DNA of 35,444 bases from Catajapyx aquilonaris (Eukaryota), in contig JYFJ02004032.1 of the NCBI GenBank assembly GCA_000934665.2, positions 1 through 35,444 on the forward strand, given 5' to 3'. Both the position numbers and the translations under genes were made by a program. How positions within the stretch are numbered: the stretch's first letter is position 1; the number at the start of each line of letters is the position of its first letter. The notes beneath the pieces are model-generated. The model did not search any database, was not told the DNA's origin, and saw nothing but the letters and a program-made list of their open reading frames with translations. Shown piece after piece: positions 11,196-21,768 of this stretch.

Positions 11196-13407
11196 ATGGA
11201 GTGGGGGATGAGGACGATGGAGAGGCTGATGCAGATGGTGGCGGAGAACAAGAAGCTGCTGGAGAGGAGCCTGGAGCAGGGGGAGAGGATGGAGAAGAGG
11301 ATCATGGGCAGGATGGACAGGATGGAAATCAGGATTGGAGCCATCGAGAGCTGCATTAGAGGAGGTCAGGGTTTACTCTTGGGGAAGAGACGAAAAGATG
11401 ACCACCATAAACGCATTGCATTGGTCTCTCATGTTCCTATACCGACTGCTTCTTTTTGGTTAATTATTGAAAGACCACCGGTTGGTGGGAGGTGTCAACT
11501 TGGACTTTTGATTGACACAGTGCAAAGACTAGCTTTCAGTAGAGTGAAAGTGCACTAATTTCAAATGTCTTTTCAGGCAACTTTCGTAGTGGAGATGCGG
11601 AAATAGAAAGGGGCCAGGAAGAAGGCGCAGGGAATCCTGGGCAGCTGGTGGAGGTTACGGTGAAAGAAGAGATAGAGGAATGGATACCCCCGGATGTTCC
11701 AGACTCGCAGGAACCTTTTGAGGATACCATGAATCAAGCACAGGATAATGAGGATGCTCATTATGGTTTTGAAACCTCAGCGGATCCTTCTGCAAATAAT
11801 GAAGCACATCCTGAGGTAATGTGCTGGATTAGTGGCCGTTTTGTTGAATTTATCTCGTCCTGAGGAATGATGCATGTTGTGCAGGTGCAATACATTTACT
11901 CGCATTATTTGCATGCATGCAAGGTTTTTGGTTAGTGTGAAGTGAGAAGCTAAATAAATATCTGGCCTGCAAGTTTTAGGGGTATACAGGGTGAAGGGAA
12001 ACTCGCGCCCAATTGCCAGGTAGACGAATAGTACTCGCAAAACTAATAATGTAGGGATGTGCAAGTAGTTTTGGGCCCCCATAGTTAATGCATACTGCGT
12101 CTTCCAAGTCTCATGAGTCCTCTCCACCAGTTTCAAAGAAGCAAAGGTCAGCTGGGGAGCCGCCGAATAATCCGGCTTTGGGTCCGTAACACATCGCCCG
12201 TGTGCAATAGGTGATCAAGTCTTGTCAGAGTAAGATTCCAGGTGCGACACTCGTGCACTTTGTTGTATGCATTAATTACGCAGGCTACCTGGTGATTGGG
12301 AGCGAAAATTCCTTCACCCTGTATACAGCTATAATATTAGTAATGAAGCATTATGCAATTGTATTAGAGTCAAGCAAAGAGAGCATATGTTCCCAGGTAG
12401 AATAAAAATATGGCATGTTATACAATGTATTGTTATATGTGAAGTGGATCAAGGACATGATGGGCATGATTGTGTTTCCAATGGGTGTGTTCTGGTGCAG
12501 TGTGATTAAAGCCAGAGGAATTTGTTAATCAATAGATTGTATGAAATGAAGTCTCAGGTTGTTTGAGTGGGGCTACAGGAGAGGAAATGCATTTACTCAA
12601 ATGAAATTATGACAGTCAATCCCAGAAACAAATGATTTCTAATATATCAAGGAGACATCAGTTACACGACAATGCACATGGCTTGGAAAATGAATACAAT
12701 TTAACTCAAAGTGACATTGCATTCTACTGTGCCAGATGTCACATCAATCACTGGTGTAAACTTAGACCCAAATTACATATTGCATGCCATGTATTATCCT
12801 ATTTGCCTGCAAGGAGCACAGTGGTACTGTAGTCTCATAATTACAGGACCTCTACTGCTGTGGGATCTGCAACAGCACTTTCCGTTACCCTTCTGACCTT
12901 GAGGTGCATGTCCTTGAACACTCCCAGCGACGCATTGCAGCAAGCTCATGCAGTCAGGTGGAACGATCATCAGTTAAAAATGCAACCCAGCCAAACACTG
13001 TTCAAGCCAAGCCACAGAAAAGTGTGCAAAACAAATCTGCTAACAGGTGTGGAGTTTGCCGTAAAACGTTCAACAGGCCATCTCTTCTTGAAGTGCATAT
13101 GCGTAAACACACTGGAGAGAAGCCCTTTTCATGCTATGTGTGTCAGAAGGGATTTACGCAGAGGGGTGCTCTTAGGAGACACATAAACATGCATACAGGT
13201 GAAAAGAGCTATCCATGCCATTTTTGCTCAAGGGTGTTTTTTCGACTGGACAGCTGGCAGAAACATATTTGGATGCATACAGGAGAAAACCGCTTTGAGT
13301 GCCGGGTGTGTGGAAAACATTTCTCCAGCCCAAGTAATTTACGTACACATATGAGGATTCATGAAAGAAATAACCCCTCACAAATGCATTTACCTGGCAG
13401 AACCTGA
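11196..13407 (+). CDS. C2H2 zinc-finger protein C (~322 aa): shared N-terminal domain + acidic linker + 1 lone finger + 4 tandem fingers
   Basis: Exons 11196-11364 (G|GTCAGG, phase 1), 11577-11815 (GAG|GTAATG, phase 0) and 12847-13407 (ttacag|GAC) total 969 nt, open. TGEKPF/TGEKSY/TGENRF linkers. YY1-like CAAGATGGCG at 11068-11077; AATAAA at 13438-13443. Confidence 0.9.
11987..12321. mobile_element. Tc1/mariner-type MITE (internally deleted copy) in intron 2 of zinc-finger gene C
   Basis: TA|CAGGGTGAAGGGAAA...TTCCTTCACCCTG|TA; homologous to 13994-14438. Confidence 0.85.
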
Positions 13408-13520
13408 AGCGCAAAAGTTGTTTTGTTCACGTAGGACAATAAATGTGTCTCTCTCTGAGTGTAAAATCCATAATTACCCAGGTGTCAGTAACTTATTTGT
13501 GACGGGCCACTTAGATGCTT

Positions 13521-13809
13521 ATTTTATTTTATTTTTTAAACTTACCCTGTGATAGGGTGGAGCCCTTTTAGGGTGGAAGGGGAGGTTCCAGAGGGAGGGC
13601 GCTGTAATTATAGTCATTTGTGACTTTCTGAAATACACCGGATCTTTTCTCCTGGCCCTGGGCAGAGTAGGGAGTGCAATTCTGACCGGCATGTCGGGTG
13701 AAAAGCGGGAAAACATCAGGCCAAGCAGAGGTGACGGGGTCAGGAATTGAACCCCGGCCTCCCACTTGGCTGGCCAGTGGCGTAACCACCAGACCACCAT
13801 GCCTCCCTT
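13521..13809 (-). mobile_element. tRNA-derived SINE, family 1, copy a
   Basis: On the - strand: A box TGGTCTGGTGG, B box GGTTCAATTCC and an A-rich tail. 13-bp TSD cact(t/a)agatgctt at 13508-13520 / 13810-13822. Homologous to 24547-24816. Confidence 0.88.
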
Positions 13810-13993
13810 CACTAAGATGCTTGAACCTAAGGGAGGCATTCTATGTGACATAATGTGTTTCAGTGATGCAAGTGCTGTCCATAATTTAAATGAGGAGCAG
13901 CTTTTGGTGGAGGGTGTGTATTCATTTTAATATTTGTAGAACAGTAGGATTTTTACCCGGAATTTTATGATTTGTGACTATGGTGCAGCTATG

Positions 13994-14438
13994 CAGGGTG
14001 AAGGGAAACTCGCGCCTAATCGCCAGGTAGACTGATAGTACTTGTAAAACTAATATAGGGATGTGCAAATAGTTTTGGGCACTGTTGTGTAGTTAATGCG
14101 AACGGTATACCGTCAAAGTTTTGTGACGCCACATCTGTTCCGCCTGCTTCAACGAAGCAAAAGCCAGCTCGAGGGCCTCCGAATAATCCGACCTTGGGTC
14201 TGCACACATCATCCATGTGCAATAGGTTATCAAATCCTGTCAGATTAAGAAACCAGGTGCGACACCTGTGCACTTTGGCGCTTTTACCTCATGTTTTACC
14301 ATCCAGCCCTCTACACTTTAAAGGTGCCGTACGCATTAACTACACAATGGTGCCCAAAACTAATTGCACATCCCTGTATTAGTTTTGCGAGTACTGTCAG
14401 TCTACCTGGCGATTGTCCGCAAGTTTCCCTTCACTCTG
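13994..14438. mobile_element. Tc1/mariner-type MITE (longer copy, ~110-bp TIRs)
   Basis: CAGGGTGAAGGGAAACTCGCG...caagtttcccttcactctg|TA. Same family and orientation as 11987-12321. Confidence 0.85.
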
Positions 14439-15014
14439 TATGAATAGTTTGACAGTATCAAAACTTTTCTTGTTCATATATACAGTATTTATATATGTAG
14501 TGTGGTGTGTAATAAATATTATCATTAAATATCATGAAGTTCTTTCCATATTAATAAAATTAAACTGCACAATATGGCTTTGGACTTCACCCAGGATGAC
14601 TTACAGATTGGGACACTGCTTGCTATGCAGTGTGTAGTAAATATTGAGGTCCTTTTAGTTATACCGCATTCACCTGAGGTTGTTATTTTGTGTAGTTTTT
14701 TGCACCTCGATAGATGTGTTCAGTTATATTCAACCACACTTGGGAATTGGGCACTTCACGCTGGGTGCAAAAAGCTACACAAAAATAACAACTTTGGTAG
14801 AAATTTGCAATCACTTACAGTTCCTGAATACTTGGAAGACAACTGTGCAGGCGTACTAGAATTAAAGACTTTATCTGCAAACAAAATCATCTTCATTATC
14901 TTCATTAACACTCTGCGTGGCCTGACCAGTCACTAGAGGTGTCATTATGTTGGTCTTAATGAAGTAGTCAGGTAATACCTGGACACCACTGGCTACCCCT
15001 CGATGAGTCTATGG

Positions 15015-15109
15015 CAGTGGTCCCCCAGTGTGTGACCCCGGGGGTGCACAGGTTACTTGACTATCATAAACCCAAAAAATCATGACCCAGAAAAGGTTGG
15101 GAACCACTG
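15015..15109. mobile_element. hAT (Charlie-like) mini-MITE, 95 bp
   Basis: TIRs CAGTGGTCCCC / GGGAACCACTG flanked by a perfect 8-bp TSD GTCTATGG (15007-15014, 15110-15117). Confidence 0.88.
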
Positions 15110-15495
15110 GTCTATGGAAACTAATGTGATGAAGAAATGTATGTATGGCTATATGTATCTGCAAACAAAATAGGAAAGTAAACTAATGTCAGAAGTAAGT
15201 TGGTTAATATAATTTGCCAATTGTTGCGATATATTTTGCATGCAATCCTAGAAACAAAGAATTAACTTCATAATTACAGCCATGATCAGTAACAATGAGT
15301 GGATCACTATTGCAGAAATGCAGCAATCATACAGCTTGAATGAGCTGTGAAAAACTCATTCATCTGAATAAAGTATTACAGTTCTTTACTTAGCACAGCC
15401 ATATCAGCATATGTTCATGATTGGCAGCATATCTTGCATTTTAATACTGAATATTATAAGTTGCAATCAACTTGCGTCTGGGAAAGCATCCCATA

Positions 15496-18362
15496 TTATG
15501 TAACCAGCAGCTCTTCTCTCTTGCTATCAATGTAGAGCCATCTGAAATAATCGTAGGATCAGTTTCAGCTCATATCAGAATAATTCCTTTGCAAGATTGT
15601 CCGCAATAGATGTTAGATGACGAAGTGAAGCTCAGTTTTTGCCTACTTGGATCCCCAATTGAGATTGCAGGACTTGAACATTAACTTGCTCATGTCAGTA
15701 CTTCAAATTGCCAGAGCAGGAGTTAGGAACGTTTACAAAGCTCTGTTCAATTTTAATTTCAATTATAGAATATGTGAATATTTAGAGTTGCATTGTCCAG
15801 TAACATTGAAATAAATGGACATAATGTGCGTGTGAAAAGTTGGTGTTGCCCCATGTTAGGATTTCCATACTGTGCAAACAGGGTTTTCCAATCAATTATT
15901 TTGTGAAAAATTACTTTCAATGAACAATAAGTGACTCTACACTTTTCTAACAGTCAAGATGGCCCCAAAATGTACTTGTTGCAGCAAACTTACATGTAAA
16001 TGGACAATGGGATTGTGGAGATCCCACTGGACAGGAGGAATATGGCACCAGAGAAGGAGTCCAATGTGAGTCTGTAAAGTCCACTGTACACAGGAGTGGC
16101 CATCACAGGGGTCAAACTGTCCAGCACTCCAATGAAAGCATTCACTCTACCTGAAAATGGAAGCCTCCACATTAAATTTCCGCACCATGTCTACATTATA
16201 TGAACACTGACACATGAGTGTGGCTATGCTGATTAAAGGCCATGCACACTGGCCATGAATTTTTTTAATTCTTGAAATACCACATTGATTATGAAAGCTG
16301 CATACTCATAAAACGTGACTGTATTTTGTACTCCCAACATTTTCCTGCATTCTAGCACATAAATGGCACTTACCAATTTCTTCATTGGTTACCATCTTCG
16401 TTGGTATGGTTCTGCATATAAAGACAGTAGCTCCATTCAATATTCCAATCACCGGAGCTGATAATATGATTTTTTAACAATGTGAATACATCATTCTCAT
16501 TTAAAATGTAGTAGGATCAGGTCTTGCCAGGAAGGGTTGTATCTCTCACCTGAATACATCATCCAATCAGTAGAAACAAAATTGAGCATAATGTTGCTCA
16601 AAATTTCGCTTATGAAAGCGATTGCCCCCAAGGAAGTGTCTTTCATTTTCAACTTATGGCTCATCAAAAATAATGAAATAAAGCAACCTGAAAATAAGTG
16701 AGTCTCAATCACATTAATACACATTGCAAATCGGATCACAATTCCAGAAGGTGACCTTATTTACGTAGTGACAAGATCAACTGTACACCTCGTAAAGGGA
16801 GTGATTTCAGTTCATATCCCAACTCCAGTGAATTACCTTATCCCCAAGATTACTAAATGCATTTGATGGTATCTTTGCCTACGGCATGTTGAAATAAGGC
16901 TACTGCATTCATTACAACTATTGAACGGACATACCAGCCATCATAATTACTAGAGAAAATGTGGTGAAGAGACCAAAGTCGATTTCATTCCATCCAAGGC
17001 GCTTGCGAGTGAAGAGATACAAAACACTGCTTTCCCCTAGGAAAAAAAATTAAGAGTGGAAAATTAATTATAGTTGCATGTTGTGTCATGCTGCAAGTTC
17101 CCTCAACATTTCCAGTTATTAAAATGTACTATTAAAATCAACTTTACCTATGCCAGGCCAAAAGGCCAAGAATGCCACTACAAACAGAAGGTTAAGCTTG
17201 AGCCGCTTCTTGTCTTCACGCCTTTTAACTAATGTTTTCATAATGTCCGATACATTTTGGATGTCAAATACATCTAGGCAAATGTTCTTGGGTGAGGTTG
17301 GCTTAGTTTGGTCTAAGTCGTGTATGAAAATGAAGGTGTAGGCTATGGAGATAGATTCAGCGATAGCTGCCATGGTGAAGAGCCAAAAAAATCCCACGGA
17401 TCTGAAAGCATAAAGGGGAAGTAGAAATCATGGCGTAATAGTATGACATGTTTTAAATATAAGGGGCTCAGACCTGTAGATGGTTCCTCCAAGTGCATTT
17501 CCCAGAGAGATTCCGATGGGCAAGCACACGTTGAGGACACCTTGTCTAAGGGTCCTCCTGGACAAGGAAGTGAAGTCTATGACATAACTGTTGAGGGCCA
17601 TGTTGAGGGCAGTCTGTGATCCAGTCAGCGAGACTGGAATATAAGCTGCCAAGACCATGGTCTGAGCATCCCATGACTCCATTTTTGAGCTGAGGGCCAG
17701 TGCCACAAACTTGAGGAGAAATCCAAGAAGAGGCAGGAGGATACACACTTTTCGGCCATGACGATCAGACCATGACCCCATGAACAGGACAAATGCTATC
17801 GGTATGGTATTCTCCACAGCTGACTTCCATACCCCAATTTCAGACACAACCTGTGGTAGAAGGTAGCATTCATACATTTAGTCAAGAACTTTACTTGTAA
17901 TGAACAGTTTCGTATGGTGAACCTTTTAAGAAATCCATACACTGTAGTTATATTATGGTCTTGATATACAAATTTTTGGCTTGCCTTTTGTACGTCAGTT
18001 TCCACTTGGCTCATATTATGACTTCTGTGCTCTGACAAGAGCTCGTTGCATGTTTCCTCAGAATAGTTGAGATTGACTTTGCAAGCTTTGTACAGAAGAA
18101 GATTTTGGACTATGAGTTCTGAGGCCATGTTCCAAAACATGTGGAATAGTAGCATGTACTCAGTTCTTAGTGTAAAAAGGACTAGCTTAATTTTGGCAAG
18201 TAATGGCATCTGATCAAATGAATTCATGGAGCAAGTCTCCTTGTTGTCTCCTGCATTATGCACGATGCTGGTTGACTCTTGTGCACAATCTTCTGTGTCA
18301 TTGTTTGATGTCTCAGTGCCGTTCTGGTACCCAGCTACGGAATCATGACTTGCATCTCCCAT
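15496..18362 (-). CDS. SLC46 / proton-coupled folate transporter-like MFS transporter (~511 aa)
   Basis: Exons 18362-17985, 17850-17474, 17401-17148, 17036-16935, 16687-16550, 16457-16374, 16150-15994 and 15541-15496 total 1536 nt with all phases compatible. Family-typical motifs: QNLLLYKAC...C, GSWSDRHGRK (MFS motif A), GESSVLYLFTRKRLGW, EEIGRVNA. Multiple hydrophobic helices. Confidence 0.9.
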
Positions 18363-19984
18363 TTTTTCTAATAATGTTATCTTGTAATACTGGTCTCTGC
18401 AACAAGAACGCGTATCCTTCCGTAAATATTCATACAGAGCATCATCCTATGACTATCCCATAACACATATGGTATAGTATGGCTAATTATTGTGATTTCT
18501 CCTGCCCTTTCATTCTTGGCTATTGTCATTGAGGCTTGCAAAAGGCTACAATATATTAAGGTCAGATGTTTCAATCATAATTGCCACAGAGTGGTCAATA
18601 ATTTGGCGCAGAGCCTTTACACAGAGTGGTTTAATAATTACTCAAAGAAATTGACAGGTGGAACTTTTAATTTCTGGCACATTCTATTGAAAGTTTGAAA
18701 CCATACCAGTTACGGGTAGTTTCAGTTGCAGTGATATTAAAAATTACTTCAGAATAATCGAACTAGCATTAATGGTTTTTTTTAGATGCATTGCAATACC
18801 ATATAGAGTTACAGGCGATTTCATGACTTCATTAGTTCATCTTGATTTTACAATTGTGTGCAAATAACTTGATAGTAATGTTAAGTAATTATTCATGCAT
18901 ATCAATGCCGGGATAGGTAATGAAATGGTAAGTGCAGTCCCTTAGATTACAGTGGGAATCCATGCAGGTATAAAGGTGCTTTTGAAGGGTATGCCGGAAA
19001 AATGTGTCACCTCGAAGAAGAAAAAAGAGAAGATAAGGGTGGACGTGGGTGGAATCGATGGGCGAAAAAAAAGTTGGGCGAAAAAAAAGTTGGGAGCAAA
19101 TCGAAAGTTTCACCTTCCAGTAATGACCACTTCAAGAAAAAATGAGTGCAATAAAGACAAGTCTACATTGAGAGATCCAGCATTACATATATACGGTACT
19201 AATGAACTTACGGGCTCTAACCCACCTTTTTTCTTGAGCAGTCACCACCCTTGACCTCCTCGTCTCCAGATTATTTTCTAACCCCTTCCTTTCCTTCAGC
19301 ATGGCCAAGTCCACAGTGCCACACTTCTCATTGCGTATTTGTCCTTCATGTTCGCGGGGAATTCCCTCTGCACTGAGCACAGAAAATATGAAAAGTAAGC
19401 TTGGAAACAACCACGGTTTCGGATTGGTTTTGCACGAAAGGTGTATACCAGTTTCTCACCTGCTGGCACCAAGTGATCTAATCTTCTAAACATCTTCTAA
19501 AGCAGGTGTTGGTGATTTAAAAAAATTACACTTACGATAGAGTGCTATGCGGAGAGATATTGACGGTCTATTCCACAGACGGCACCCCACATACCACCAC
19601 ATACCTAATGAACTAGATATGCGTCATGCTATAACAGGTGTGCATGTTTCTATATCAGGCCCTTCACCACAGTGCTATAGGCAAACTCGAGGGAAACTAC
19701 TTCAGAGCATTTTGATAAAATCTTTGAGAGGAGCTGATGAGATAAGACTGGGTAAGATGACCTTGATGGCTTAAAGCATAAATTTGCATAAAACGCAGCT
19801 AATTAGGCACTAATTAGCCAGTGATATGTTTAGACCAGTAAAAACGATGCCAAATCCGAATTTAGTTTACTGATTTCGAAATTATTGTTCTAATTGATTT
19901 CGGTGATTTTGGCTCCAATACTGTATATCGATTATAGCATGCTTAACATTCGTGAGTCATCAATGCAATGAACAGCATGATATA

Positions 19985-20318
19985 CGAGGGGTGTTTGATA
20001 GGTTTAGGTATATAGTCTGGTGACCCGGGGTAGCTTGCCCCCTGGGGTAACTGGTTGTTTACTGCTATCCTTTTACATATGCTGCCATGGTGATTGCCCC
20101 CGGGATAGCTTACCCAGGGTCATCAGACTAGGGGCCATAGTGTGCCTACTGTGAAAGAGTTGTCCCAGGCGAATTTAAAGGCACTTGAGCACTTCCTGGA
20201 CCACTGCTGGGAGGAGTACAATCACACTCCAGGAGGACTATGTAAAGAAGTATGAAAGTGCCATTCACCTGGGACAACTCCTTCATAGGTAGGCTCACTA
20301 TTTATCTAACATCCCTCA
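19985..20318. mobile_element. Mariner-derived MITE with a nested palindromic insertion (20013-20130)
   Basis: TA|CGAGGGGTGTTTGATA...tatctaacatccctca|TA. Inner inverted arms atagtgtgcctactgtgaaagagttgtcccagg / cctgggacaactccttcataggtaggctcactat. Nested element tagtctggtgacc...ggtcatcagacta. Confidence 0.7.
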
Positions 20319-20594
20319 TACTGCCCAAGTGCACAGGACAACACTGGACACAGAGGAAGATGTTATGGATTGTTCACTCCAGCAACCAGTGAAGTAGCAA
20401 GTCATGTTGAGTAAATGTGGCCCTGATTGTTGGACAAAAACTACAAAGGCAACAATGTGCAAAAAGTTTCAGTCAAGTGTTTATGTCACCGTTGCCACTG
20501 ATACCAGATATAACAAAGGAAATCATTCAGAGGACATTTCCCCCTTATCCAGTGGATCCTGATACAAAAGAAGACCAGAAATAATCCTGTAATC

Positions 20595-21590
20595 ATGGCT
20601 CCTGTCAGAGTTATTGTGGAATACTGGTACGTCAAAACATTATTAATTTTATGATGCCACATATGCTATTTCAAGGCTGCAGATTAACTTTTGCATGCAA
20701 CCCATTCAACTAATAATCTTCATCCAGGGAATATTCTTTCTGCTCATCGCTTTACAGAAAGTGAATGGAATTAAAGTCGAGACAGGGTGAATCTCAGTTA
20801 ATAAACTGTTGGAAATACTGGTACCGCTTTTCACATACAGTTAGGAAGTGTCTACAAATTGTACTTATCAGTTTCTCGTTAAAAATATACAGAACATTGT
20901 TGCTGTGATCTTTCCGTGACATTCCTGACAAATGTTTATTACCAAGCTGACAAACACACGAACAAAATCAGGCTCTGTTCACATAACTTACATGTTACTT
21001 AAGAAGTAGTTTAAAGTACTTAGTATTAATCTTGCCACACGTTGCTAATTTTTCAGTGGGTCATGAGGGTACAGAAGGCGCTATGAAGAGCTAGCCAGGG
21101 CCATCAAAAATGCCTGTCCAGCTGAAGTTCAGGGACATACTGGAGCCAGAGGTCAGTGATTTCTCTGCGGCTGCAGTAGGCCAGTAGTAGTACTTGTAGG
21201 TATTGCATATACAGTCGACTCCAGATATGAGAGACTTCAAGGGGCCCTGTAAATCAGGATCCTATAATACACAGACCATAATATGGAAGTATGGAAGGAC
21301 CAGCCTTTCGAGTTGGCTATAACCATGGGTTGCTTGTAGCCAAGGCTTTTATATCTGCAGTCAACTGAAGAATCATTTTTAGACATTATTTTGCGAAGTT
21401 AGTGATGTCAACGTGGCTTTTAAAATATCTTCATTTATTTACAGGGTCATTTGAAATTATGGTAAATGATACTCTCATTTACTCCAAGTTAGCAAAACAT
21501 AAGTTTCCTGTTTATGATGAAATAGTCAATATCATTAAGGATGTCAGCCAAGGGAAGGAATGCAGACAAGCAGTTCAAGTGGCTGTCTAA
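20595..21590 (+). CDS. SELENOW2: Rdx-family selenoprotein (SelW2/MIEN1-like), 90 aa, with selenocysteine at the in-frame TGA 21064-21066
   Basis: Exons 20595-20626 (TG|GTACGT), 21057-21151 (tttcag|, G|GTCAGT) and 21445-21590 (ttacag|) total 273 nt. Protein: MAPVRVIVEYCGSUGYRRRYEELARAIKNACPAEVQGHTGARGSFEIMVNDTLIYSKLAKHKFPVYDEIVNIIKDVSQGKECRQAVQVAV. It has the Rdx hallmarks V.YCxxU and GxFEI...IYSKL..FP, and a SECIS downstream. Confidence 0.93.
21212..21367. mobile_element. pogo/Tigger-type MITE in intron 2 of the selenoprotein gene
   Basis: TA|CAGTCGACTCCAGATAT ... ATATCTGCAGTCAACTG imperfect TIRs. Confidence 0.65.
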
Positions 21591-21708
21591 TGAAAAAGAT
21601 TACGTGGATTGTCATTTTTTTTGGCACACACGTACACCGTTTGGAAGAAACATGATTTGGTTGCATTGGTTTAATTGATTTGGTAATTTTTCCCTTGCGA
21701 TATGTAAC

Positions 21709-21768
21709 TCTACATAATGACGACTTCCTTATAAAATGAGATACGAGGATGTCTGATGCTTAAGTAGA
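21709..21768 (+). promoter_or_regulatory. Eukaryotic SECIS element in the selenoprotein 3' UTR
   Basis: Helix I TCTAC/GTAGA; core ATGAC (21717-21721) / TGAT (21754-21757); helix II GACTTCCTT/GAGGATGTC; unpaired AAAA 12 nt after ATGA. Lies ~125 nt after the stop codon. Confidence 0.9.

Noticed and set aside
18952..19410. Lys-rich ORFs and a faint RTE-LINE-like C-terminal resemblance
   Set aside because: Similarity is too weak to support by eye; includes only a simple 16-bp tandem duplication.
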